A DNA stretch of 64,000 nucleotides from an uncultured delta proteobacterium. Its GTDB lineage: Bacteria; Myxococcota_A; Polyangia; Fen-1088. Positions 28,866-37,457 of this stretch are shown in pieces (the first letter of the stretch is position 1; each line of letters opens with the position of its first letter). The position numbers and the translations under genes were made by a program. A model generated the notes under the pieces. That model was not told the origin of the DNA. It ran no database searches and worked only from the letters and a program-made list of their open reading frames with translations. Where the stretch lies: NCBI GenBank assembly GCA_963737265.1, contig CAVTRY010000007.1, positions 462,529-526,528 on the forward strand, read 5' to 3'.

Positions 28866-29318
28866 TCATGACCGGATCCGGAAGACCGGGTGGTCCGGGG
28901 CGATGGCCAGCAGCTTGTCGTCGGGAGCATCGGGACCGACGCCCTGGAAGAACATGCCGACCTCGAACTTCCACTTCTTCAGGTAGGCCCGCAGCACGGC
29001 CGGCCGCTCCGCTACGGGCAGTTCGGCGGCGGTGAACTTCTCGACCCGCCGCCCGAGCCGCAGCTCACCGCCACCGGCCACGCGCATGTTACGGACCCAC
29101 TGGGTGTTGCCGCGCGGGGCGACCAGGTACCGCTGGCCGTCGATGGTCAGCGGGTTCACCGGAGTGGTCCGCCACTCCCCCGACTTGCGGCCGCGCACGG
29201 CCAGCACCCGCGAGCCGTAGACGCTGATACCCATCCTGGTCAGCCGGGCCACGGTGGCGTTAAAGATGCGAGTCGAGCGATCGGGCTCAACGTAACGCGG
29301 CTGGCTCTCGGCGTTCAT
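28866..29318 (-). CDS. Deazaflavin (F420)-dependent nitroreductase family protein
   Basis: VRGRKSGEWRTTP, WVRNMR, HPVFR. Confidence 0.9.
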   Translation of the reverse strand: MNAESQPRYVEPDRSTRIFNATVARLTRMGISVYGSRVLAVRGRKSGEWRTTPVNPLTIDGQRYLVAPRGNTQWVRNMRVAGGGELRLGRRVEKFTAAELPVAERPAVLRAYLKKWKFEVGMFFQGVGPDAPDDKLLAIAPDHPVFRIRS

Positions 29319-29343
29319 GGCAAGCTCCTCGGGCTAAGGTTAG

Positions 29344-29408
29344 AGAGCGGTGCTCTTTTCAATGACTAGTGTTCTCCATGCAGGCTTATTTGTCAAGAGC
29401 ACTGCTCT
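29344..29408. promoter_or_regulatory. Two AGAGC-N3-GCTCT palindromes (repressor operators)
   Basis: At 29344-29356 and 29396-29408, in AT-rich promoter DNA. Confidence 0.65.
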
Positions 29409-29451
29409 CGTTTTGAACAACCGCTTCGCTATCTGGGTAAAGCCGCAGGTG

Positions 29452-29640
29452 ACGCGCGGGTAGTGGGGGACAGGATGCGGGGGTGGCGGGGACGAGGCTC
29501 GGGGGTAGCGGGACAAGGCGCGGGGTAGCGGGGACGGGGCGCGGGGTAGCGGGAACGGGGCGCGGGGATAGCAGGGACGAGGCGCGGGGCAGCGGGCGCG
29601 GGGTAGCAGGAACGGGGCGCGGGATAGCGGGAGGGGCGCC
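29452..29640. repeat. ~21-bp G-rich tandem repeat
   Basis: Unit close to GGGGCGCGGGGTAGCGGGGAC, about 8 degenerate copies. Confidence 0.8.
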
Positions 29641-29697
29641 GCGGGACCGGGACCAGGCCGCCACGGCATGATGGGCTGAACCTGGAGGAGGTTGCGG

Positions 29698-30663
29698 ATG
29701 GAATCAACGCCGAGATGGGGCATCACGCTCCCGCTGCGCAGTATGCCCCTGCCCGACCAGCGCGACCTGGTGGCCGCACTGCCCGACCTCGGCTACACCG
29801 ATGCCTGGTCGAGCGAGGTCAACGGCGCGGACGCCTTCGCCCCGCTGGCCGCCGCAGCCCAGTGGACCACCGGGCTGCGGTTCGGCACCGCGATCGCCGG
29901 GATGTACACCCGTGGGCCGGCGTTGCTCGCCATGGACGCGGCGACCTGCGCGAGCCTGGCTCCCGGCCGGTTCGTGCTTGGCATCGGCACCTCCTCGCCG
30001 GTGATCGTGGAGGACTGGAACGGGCTGAAGCTTGACCGGCCCTACCAGCGGGCCAGGGACACGCTGAAGTTCCTGCGTCCTGTGCTGGCCGGGGAGAAGG
30101 TGAGCGGGGAGTTCGAGACGTTCACCGTCCGCGGGTTCCGCCTCGACCCGCCCCCGGCGCAGCCGCCGGGGCTCGCGCTCGCCGCCCTGCGGCCGGGCAT
30201 GGTGCGGCTCGCCGCCAGCCTCGCGGACGGGGCGATCACCAACTGGCTCGCCCCCGCGGACGTACCGACGGTGCGCGCGGTGGCCGGGCCGGACTGCGAG
30301 CTGATCGCCCGGATCTTCGTAGTTCCCACCGACGATGCCGCCACCGCCAGGGCCATCGGCCGCCGCATGATCGCTGCCTACCTGACCGTGCCGGTCTACG
30401 CCGCGTTCCACGTCTGGCTCGGCCGGGGCGAGGTGCTCCGGCCGATGCAGGATGCGTGGGCCGCCGGGGACCGCAAGAAGGCACTCGAACTGATTCCCGA
30501 TGAAGTGGTGGACGAGCTTGTGGTGCACGGGCCCGCGGCGGCCTGCCGGGAGCGGGTGGCCGAGTACCACGCGACCGGGCTGGACACCCCGGTCATCATG
30601 ATCGTTCCCGCGCCGGGCGTGGACGAGGCGGCGGCGGTCCGCCAGCTCGGCCCGCCCTGGTAA
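29698..30663 (+). CDS. LLM class F420-dependent oxidoreductase
   Basis: GYTDAWSSE, GTAIA, GRFVLGIGTSS; GGAGG RBS. Confidence 0.9.
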   Translation: MESTPRWGITLPLRSMPLPDQRDLVAALPDLGYTDAWSSEVNGADAFAPLAAAAQWTTGLRFGTAIAGMYTRGPALLAMDAATCASLAPGRFVLGIGTSSPVIVEDWNGLKLDRPYQRARDTLKFLRPVLAGEKVSGEFETFTVRGFRLDPPPAQPPGLALAALRPGMVRLAASLADGAITNWLAPADVPTVRAVAGPDCELIARIFVVPTDDAATARAIGRRMIAAYLTVPVYAAFHVWLGRGEVLRPMQDAWAAGDRKKALELIPDEVVDELVVHGPAAACRERVAEYHATGLDTPVIMIVPAPGVDEAAAVRQLGPPW

Positions 30664-30683
30664 CCACGACCGCCGCGCCGGGA

Positions 30684-31688
30684 TCACCAGGATCCAGGCA
30701 GCGCGGCGCCGTACCAGGATTCGATGATCCGGTGCGCGATGGACACCGGGGGCGGCAGCAGCACCTCCCCCGTGGAAACCGCCGCCGTCAGTTGCTCGCG
30801 GGTGAACCACCGCGCCTCGGCGATCTCCTCCTCGTCCACGACGATCTCCTGCTCGCCGGGGGCGCTGGCCACGAAGCCGAGCATCAGGCTGCGCGGCATC
30901 GGCCAAGGCTGGCTCCCGACATAACGCAGTCCGCTGACCCGCAACCCGGCCTCCTCCCCGACCTCGCGGATCACGGCCTGTTCCAGGGACTCCCCCGGCT
31001 CCACGAAGCCAGCCAGGATGGACACCCGCCGGGGTGGCCAGTTCCGGTTGCGCGCCAGCAGGCACCGGTCGCCGTCGTCACGGACCAGCATGATCACCGC
31101 TGGATCCACGCGGGGGAAGTGCTCGCTGCCGTCCACCGGGCAGCGCCGGGCGTGGCCGGCCTGCACCGGCTCGGTGACCGCCCCGCAGCGCGGGCAGTGG
31201 GCGTGCGTCGCGTGCCAGTTGGCGAGCGCGACAGCGTGGGTGAACAGCCCGGCGTCCCGGTCGCCGAGCAGTGGCCCGGCCTGGCGCAGCCCGGCCACCT
31301 GGACACCCGGCGCCGGCGGCACCGCGGGAGCTGAGCCCGGGGCCGGCAGCGGGCCCGCACCCAGGCCGCCCCGGGGGCCGTCCACCCCGAAATAAGCGAC
31401 CCCCGCGTCGTCCACGCCCAGCAGGAACCGGACGCCCCCGGGCGCCTTCCCCGGCGAGGTCAGCTCGAGCGCCGCCCCATCGCCGGCGAAGCGGATGCGG
31501 GCCTGCCCGTGGTCGAGCACCAGTACCCGAGTGCCCTCATCCGCCCAGGCGGCCGACAGCCAGGCCTCGTTGGCGCGGTGGTGACTGACGCGGTCCACCG
31601 CGCTCCGGGCGAGGCTGAGCCCGCTGAGCACCCCGGCGCCGTACTCCGTGGGCCCGCCGGGATCGGGGGCAGGTGCGCCGTCCGGCAT
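30684..31688 (-). CDS. nudC: NAD(H) diphosphatase
   Basis: CPRCG..CP, FPRVDPAVI, Nudix box GFVEPGESLEQAVIREVGEEAG, SQPWP. Confidence 0.93.
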   Translation of the reverse strand: MPDGAPAPDPGGPTEYGAGVLSGLSLARSAVDRVSHHRANEAWLSAAWADEGTRVLVLDHGQARIRFAGDGAALELTSPGKAPGGVRFLLGVDDAGVAYFGVDGPRGGLGAGPLPAPGSAPAVPPAPGVQVAGLRQAGPLLGDRDAGLFTHAVALANWHATHAHCPRCGAVTEPVQAGHARRCPVDGSEHFPRVDPAVIMLVRDDGDRCLLARNRNWPPRRVSILAGFVEPGESLEQAVIREVGEEAGLRVSGLRYVGSQPWPMPRSLMLGFVASAPGEQEIVVDEEEIAEARWFTREQLTAAVSTGEVLLPPPVSIAHRIIESWYGAALPGSW

Positions 31689-33100
31689 CACCGTGCGCCC
31701 GTGCTGTGGCTGACCTCCGCTAGCTCGTCCCACATGTAGGCCACGGCCTCCGCTCCCCGCACCAGCATGGCCATGTCGGCCTTCTCGTTCGGCGCGTGGA
31801 TCCGGTCGGAGTTCAGTCCGGCGGCGATGAAGACCAGCGGCGCGCCCAGGATCTCGGTGAGGTCGGCCTCGGGCCCGCTGCCGCCCTCGCGGGTGAACAT
31901 GGCCTCCATACCGAACGCACGCTCCACGGCCCGTTTGCCCGCGAGCACCGCCGGCGAGTCGATCGGCGCGACCGTGGGCCGCACTCCGGGGCCCTCGGGC
32001 GTGACGACCGCCTCGATCCCCGGGGGGGTGTGCGCCGCCACATACTCCTCCAGCGCGGCGAGCACTTCGGCCGGGTTCTGGTTGGCAACCAGGCGGAAGG
32101 AGAGCTTGGCGTGCGCCTGGCGCGGCACTATGGTCTTCGGGCCGGGGCCGGTGTGCCCGCCCCACATGCCGTTTACCTCAGCGGTGGGCCTTGCCCAGAC
32201 CCGCTCCAGGGTGGAATATCCTTCCTCGCCGCAGGCGATCTGGCTGTTCCCCGCGTCGGCCAGCCACGCCTTCTCCTCGAACGGCAGCCGCCCGAACAAC
32301 TCCCGCTCCTTCGGGGTCAGGCTCACCACCTTGTCGTAGAACCCGGGGAGCGTGACCCGGCCGCGGGCGTCGTGCAGGCCCGCGAGCAGCCCGGCCATCG
32401 CGTGCAACGGGTTGGGCACGCCACCGCCGAAGGAGCCCGAGTGCAGGTCGGTCTCCGGCCCGCGCAGGGTGATCTCCGCGACCGCGAGCCCGCGCATCCC
32501 GGTACACAGGGACGGCACGTCGGCCGCCCACATCGTGGTGTCGGAGACCACGATGACATCGCAGGCGAGCCGGTCGGCCCGCTCCCGCAGCAGCGCGGCG
32601 AAATGCGGTGAGCCCGACTCCTCCTCACCTTCGACCAGCAGCTTCAGGTTGACCGGGGGCGCGGTCGCCCCGGCCGCAGCCAGGCAGGCGCGCAACCCGA
32701 GAGTGTGCAGCAGCACCTGGCCCTTGTCGTCGGACGCGCCACGGCCGAACAGCACGCCGCCCCGCTCGACCGGCTCGAACGGCGGGGAGTCCCACTCGCT
32801 GAGCGGCTCCACCGGCTGCACGTCGTGATGCCCGTAGACACAGACAGTGGGCGCGGCAGGGTCCGCCGCGGGCCAGTACGCGTACACCGACGGCAGCCCC
32901 GGTGACTCCGCGGTGCCGGTCTCCCAGATCTCCACCTGGGGGAACCCGGTCGCGCGCAGGTGTGCCGCAAGCCAGTCCGCGGAAGCGCGCACGTCGGCGT
33001 GGCGGGCCGGATCCGCGGAGATCGACGGGATCCTCAGCCATTGCTTCAGGTCATCGAAAAAACTTCCGGCGTTCTGCGCGATGTAGCTACGGGCATCCAT
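31688..33100 (-). CDS. M20 family dipeptidase
   Basis: YGHHDVQP, GRGASDDKG, EGEEESGS, DLHSG, IHAPNE. Confidence 0.93.
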   Translation of the reverse strand: MDARSYIAQNAGSFFDDLKQWLRIPSISADPARHADVRASADWLAAHLRATGFPQVEIWETGTAESPGLPSVYAYWPAADPAAPTVCVYGHHDVQPVEPLSEWDSPPFEPVERGGVLFGRGASDDKGQVLLHTLGLRACLAAAGATAPPVNLKLLVEGEEESGSPHFAALLRERADRLACDVIVVSDTTMWAADVPSLCTGMRGLAVAEITLRGPETDLHSGSFGGGVPNPLHAMAGLLAGLHDARGRVTLPGFYDKVVSLTPKERELFGRLPFEEKAWLADAGNSQIACGEEGYSTLERVWARPTAEVNGMWGGHTGPGPKTIVPRQAHAKLSFRLVANQNPAEVLAALEEYVAAHTPPGIEAVVTPEGPGVRPTVAPIDSPAVLAGKRAVERAFGMEAMFTREGGSGPEADLTEILGAPLVFIAAGLNSDRIHAPNEKADMAMLVRGAEAVAYMWDELAEVSHSTGAR

Positions 33101-33257
33101 GTCTGTGATCGCCTCCCACCTGACCGCCCCCGGCACTCTAGACCACCGGCCGCGCGCCGTGCCGCGGAGGCTGGCCATCGCGTGATGAGCCGGGCTACCG
33201 CACTGGCCGCCGACGCGCCCACCGTGTCACTGTGAACCCGGCCAGGACCGAGCCGAA

Positions 33258-33293
33258 GTGCCTGCCTCGGCGGATGTCGGTCCCCTCGGTCAT
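33258..33293 (-). pseudogene. tnpA N-terminal stub
   Basis: MTEGTDIRRGRH resembles the DIRxGRH start of actinobacterial IS200 TnpA; the HUH motif is missing. Confidence 0.55.
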
Positions 33294-33302
33294 GCTGGAT
33301 GG

Positions 33303-34507
33303 GTGCAGCTCTGCTACAGCTACCGTCTGGACCCGGCCCCTCGCCATCGCGCGGCATTGGCCAGGGCGTTCGGGTGCGCGCGGGTGGTGTTCAACGACGC
33401 GCTGCGTGCCCGGCAGCAAGCACACCAGGCCGGGCTGTCCTACCTCACCGACGCCGTATTGTCGGCCCGGTTAACCACGGCAAAGAAGACAGCAGGGGGC
33501 CGTGGCTGAACGATGTCTCCTCCGTGATCCTCCAGCAGGCGCTAGCGGACCTGAACGCCGCCTACCGAAACTTCCTCGCCTCCCTCAATGGCAAGCGCAA
33601 AGGACCGAAGATGGCTGCGCCGCGGTTGCGGTCCCGCAAGGATCACCGGCAGGCGATCCGGTTCACCGCCAACGCCCGGTTCCAGGTGTTGGCGAACGGC
33701 AAACTGCAGCTGCCCAAGATAGGCGAGGTGCCGGTCCGGTGGTCCCGGCCGCTGCCGTCACAGCCGTCATCGGTCACCGTGATCAAGGACGCCGCAGGCC
33801 GGTACTTCGCCAGCTTCGTTGTTGAGACGGATCCGGGACCGCTCGCTCCCACGCAGCATGTGGTAGGCATTGACCTTGGGCTGACCCATTTCGCTGTTCT
33901 GTCGGATGGCCGGAAGATCGCCTCCCCCCGGCTCCTGCGCCGGGCCGAGAAGCAACTCAAGCGCCGCCAGCGGGACCTGTCCCGCAAGCAGAAAGGGTCA
34001 CGCAACCGCGCCAAGGCCAGGAGGAAAGTGGCCCGCGCAAATGCCCGGGTGGCTGATGCCCGGCGCGATTTCCACCACCAGTTGTCCACGGCACTGGTCC
34101 GCGACAACCAAGCGGTAGCGGTTGAGAACCTGGCGGTGAAAGCGATCGGGCGCACCCGGCTGGCAAAGTCCGTCTACGACGCCGGGTGGGCGGCGTTCGT
34201 GGCGATGCTGGAATACAAAGCCCGGCTGTACGGCCGACAATTCCACCGGATCGGCCGGTACCAGCCCACGTCCCAAGTGTGCTCGGCGTGCGGGGCCAAG
34301 GACGGCCCCAAGCCGCTGAGCGTCCGCACCTGGCAATGCCGGGGGTGCGGGGCGTGGCTGGACCGGGATGTGAACGCGGCGGTAAACGTCGCGGGGGCCG
34401 CCGGGCTGGCGGTCTCTGCCTGTGGAGCGCGGGTAAGACCGGGAGCGATCCCGGCACAGCGCGATGAAGCAGGAACCCACCCGACCTCACGCCCGGACGT
34501 GGCGTGA
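33303..34507 (+). CDS. tnpB: RNA-guided endonuclease TnpB (frameshift near 33495)
   Basis: MQLCYSYRL..AFGCARVVFN; RuvC motifs GIDLG, VENL and DRDVNAAVN; Zn finger CSACG/CRGCG. Confidence 0.93.
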
Positions 34508-34567
34508 CAGGCGGGAACCTCGGCCTCCAGGCCGGGGTGGAAGTCAACGCGCGATGAACAGATACTC
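34400..34567 (+). ncRNA. Predicted TnpB omega-RNA; guide about 34548-34567
   Basis: Inferred from known IS605 organisation (scaffold spans the tnpB 3' end and right end); 5' boundary approximate. Confidence 0.5.
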
Positions 34568-35671
34568 GCGAGCGGTGCGCCGGCGGGCCGCCTGGTGAGT
34601 GCCGAACGCATAGGTGTGGTCGATCACCCGCACCTCTACGTGCCGTTTGACCTCGCGCAGGAGCCCTTCGATGGTCGCGGCGTCCGGCACGGCGTTGGAA
34701 GAGTACGAGAGCACGAGGGCGGCGTCGCCGAACTGCCTGACCAGGCGGCACAGGGCGTCGGTGACCGTGCGGGTGTAGGAGAACGGCGTGTAGCGCTTGG
34801 CCAGTTTCCGGGTGCGCGTGTGTTCCAGCAGTTCCTGGCCGCGCCAGTAGCCCGACAGCCCCTCCAGGAAGTGGTAGCGCTTGATGTAGCAGTTGTCGTC
34901 GCGCGGCGGCGCATAGGGCGGGTCCAGGTAAACCACGTCGTAGCCGCCCGTGGGCAGGTCGAACACGTCGAATGAGGTGGCGGCGCAGGACCGGCCGCTG
35001 TCGAACACCACGCCGTTGTAGTCGGCGGCCCGTTCGGCGAAGTGTTCGCGCAGCGAAAGGCGCAGGTCACGGCGGCCGTCGTCGTAACGGTGGCCGGTCA
35101 CGGTGAAGACGCCCCGGGGCTGGCGGCGGGCCGCGGACAGGACGAGCGCGGAGATGGCCAGTGCCTGCCGGTGCCCGCTCATCCGGTCGATATGGGACCA
35201 CGCGGAGTCGAGGAAGCGCAGGTCGGCGCCCGTGAAGTAGATCCCGTCGAAGGTGCGCTGGATGAAGTCGCGGTCGTCGGCGGGCGGGCCGCAGATCTCG
35301 GCGATGTCGCCCGCCCCGAGCGTCACATCCTGGTTGACCACGCTGGCCTGCGCGATGACCGCGGGGAATGCGAGGAAGTCGTTGGCGGTGACCTGGTAAC
35401 CGCAGGTTTTGAGCAGGTAGGACACCACGCCGCTGCCGGAGAAGGCATCGAGCGCGGTGGCACCGCCCAGTTCGGTGAACGCCCTCGCCAGGTGCGGGAT
35501 CAACCGGTACTTGGAACCCATGTACCGCAGCCGTGGAAACAGGCCGGCCCGGCGCACCACCTCCGGCAGCCCGGGCACCCCGTCCGCGCCGGGCACCCCG
35601 TCCGCGCCGGGCACCCGGTCCGGGGACGGCACGGGCGGTGACTGCCCGATCTTGGTGGCCACGCAGGCCAT
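34544..35671 (-). CDS. N6-adenine DNA methyltransferase (Dam/D12 class), orphan
   Basis: RYMGSK, DAFSGSGVVS, YLDPPY, YHFLEGL. Confidence 0.9.
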   Translation of the reverse strand: MACVATKIGQSPPVPSPDRVPGADGVPGADGVPGLPEVVRRAGLFPRLRYMGSKYRLIPHLARAFTELGGATALDAFSGSGVVSYLLKTCGYQVTANDFLAFPAVIAQASVVNQDVTLGAGDIAEICGPPADDRDFIQRTFDGIYFTGADLRFLDSAWSHIDRMSGHRQALAISALVLSAARRQPRGVFTVTGHRYDDGRRDLRLSLREHFAERAADYNGVVFDSGRSCAATSFDVFDLPTGGYDVVYLDPPYAPPRDDNCYIKRYHFLEGLSGYWRGQELLEHTRTRKLAKRYTPFSYTRTVTDALCRLVRQFGDAALVLSYSSNAVPDAATIEGLLREVKRHVEVRVIDHTYAFGTHQAARRRTAREYLFIAR

Positions 35672-35812
35672 CCTCGCACCGGCCGGGTCCTCCGGCGGGC
35701 GGGCTCGCGGTCAGCCCGGGTATGAGCGCACCGGGATCCCCCTGCGGACTAGACCGAGATCAGCCCCGGGGATGACGATTTCGCCCCGGCTTAGGGCCTA
35801 ACGTCGGGACCC

Positions 35813-37153
35813 ATGACGCCGCCACTGGCCCAGGTGCTGGACCACGCGAGCACCCCGGCCGCCACCGGAGAGCCCGGGCGCGGCCGCCCGGGCCGCGCTC
35901 CTGGCTGGCTTCCGCGCGGCGGCCGCGCCCGGGCGGCGGTCGCCGTGATCCGCCGGGAGTGGGTAGCCGGCACGTTCGCCGTATCCGCCGCTTTCGCCCT
36001 CGTCACCGCACTGACCAGCGTCAACGCGCCGGAACGCGTGTGGGGCGCCTTCGCCGCGGCCAGTTATGCGGTCTCCGCCGTCACCGCAGGCGCGGTGCGC
36101 CGCCGGGGTGCCAGCCTCGCGGTGCTGATCAGCCTCGCCGGCGCTGTGGCTGCCCCGCTGGCCTGGATGGCCGTCACCGGCATGGCACAGCCAGAGGTCG
36201 CGGTGATCATCCGTTCCGCCGCGATGCTCGTGCACCAGGGCACGCCGTACGCGAGCCCGGCGGCACTCGCCGCGGCCCACAGCTGGCGCGCGTATGACCC
36301 TTACCTGCCCGCGCTGATCGTGTTCGGTGTGCCGCGGGTCCTCGCCGGCGGGCTGCTCAGCGACCCCCGGATCTGGTTCGGCGTCGTGTTCGTGGCCACC
36401 TTCGGCGCCGCCGTCCGGATCGCGCGCGTGCCGCGGCCGGTGTGGTGGACGGTGCTGGTCACCGCCTCCCCGGTGGTCGCCCTGCCGCTCGCGGTCGGCG
36501 GCGACGACCTGCCGGTGCTCGGGCTGATATGCCTCGGCCTGGCGCTGGCCAGCCGGGGATCGCGCAGCCAGTGGCGGTGGGCGGCCGCGGCCGGGCTGGT
36601 ACTTGGGCTGGCCGCGGCCATGAAGGCGACGGCCTGGCCCGCCGTGGCGGTGGTGGCCGTGCTGCTCATTGCCCGCCAGGGCTGGCGCGCCGTCACCTGG
36701 TTCGCCGCAGCGGTACTCGGCGTGGCCCTGGCCATCGACGGACCCGCCGTGGCCGCCCATCCCGCCGCCGCGCTGGCCAACACCGTGCTCTACCCGCTGG
36801 GTCTGGCCAAGGTCGCGAGCCCGGCCGCGAGCGTGCTGCCCGGTTACCTGCTCGCGAATACTGGACCCTTGGGCCACTGGACAGCGCTGGTGCTGATGGC
36901 GCTGGCCGCCGCGGGAGTCGGCGCCTGGATGATCGTCCGCCCGCCCAGGGACGCGCGTGGGGCGGCCTGGCGGCTGGCCCTCGGGCTGGCTCTGCTGTTC
37001 GTGCTGGCGCCCGCCAGCCGGGTCGGTTACTTCGTGTACCCGCTGGGCCTGGCCGCCTGGCTGCTGCCGTCCCGCTGGCCGGAACTGCCCGGTGAGCTGT
37101 CAGTCGATCCAGAACCGCAGCACAGGTGGCTCGCCGTCCAGGGTCATCACTGA
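35813..37153 (+). CDS. GT87-like polytopic membrane glycosyltransferase
   Basis: YDPYLP, GGDDLPV, AMKATAWP; many TM helices. Confidence 0.72.
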   Translation: MTPPLAQVLDHASTPAATGEPGRGRPGRAPGWLPRGGRARAAVAVIRREWVAGTFAVSAAFALVTALTSVNAPERVWGAFAAASYAVSAVTAGAVRRRGASLAVLISLAGAVAAPLAWMAVTGMAQPEVAVIIRSAAMLVHQGTPYASPAALAAAHSWRAYDPYLPALIVFGVPRVLAGGLLSDPRIWFGVVFVATFGAAVRIARVPRPVWWTVLVTASPVVALPLAVGGDDLPVLGLICLGLALASRGSRSQWRWAAAAGLVLGLAAAMKATAWPAVAVVAVLLIARQGWRAVTWFAAAVLGVALAIDGPAVAAHPAAALANTVLYPLGLAKVASPAASVLPGYLLANTGPLGHWTALVLMALAAAGVGAWMIVRPPRDARGAAWRLALGLALLFVLAPASRVGYFVYPLGLAAWLLPSRWPELPGELSVDPEPQHRWLAVQGHH

Positions 37154-37245
37154 ATCCAGCACCCCGCCGCACGACTCGATCACGGTCCGCGAGCCGACGT
37201 TGTCCTGGTCACAGGTCACCAGCACCCGGCCGACTCCGGCCGCCC
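37100..37245 (-). pseudogene. GNAT acetyltransferase C-terminal remnant
   Basis: GVGRVLVTCDQDNVGSRTVIESCGG...RFWID*. Confidence 0.7.
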
Positions 37246-37253
37246 GCCCTGCC

Positions 37254-37406
37254 GTGACCACGGTAAGCCAGCCGCTCAGGGACCTCGGCCGCAAGGCGGC
37301 CGCCCGGCTGCGCGCCCGCATCGAAGACCGGGGGCTACTGCCGCGGGCGGAAATCCTGTCCACCCACCTCGTGATCCGGGCCAGCTGCGGCTGCCCGCAG
37401 AGGTGA
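37254..37406 (+). pseudogene. LacI family C-terminal remnant
   Basis: VTTVSQPLRDLGRKAA...THLVIRASCGC*. Confidence 0.72.
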
Positions 37407-37457
37407 TCGATACAGGTCTGCGAAAGGTGATCCACCCCGCCCCGAAAGGAGAACACC

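Larger units (their letters stand above)
33231..34547 (+). mobile_element. IS200/IS605-family element with tnpB and deleted tnpA
   Basis: Right end GGAAC-CTCGGCC-TCCA-GGCCGGG-GTGGAAGTCAA; similar GAACCCGGCC at the left end, just after TCAC; divergent tnpA stub. Confidence 0.8.

Noticed and set aside
33303-34507. Domesticated nuclease-dead TnpB (TldR) or Cas12-like system
   Set aside because: The catalytic D/E/D residues are intact, IS ends and a tnpA stub are present, and there is no CRISPR array.
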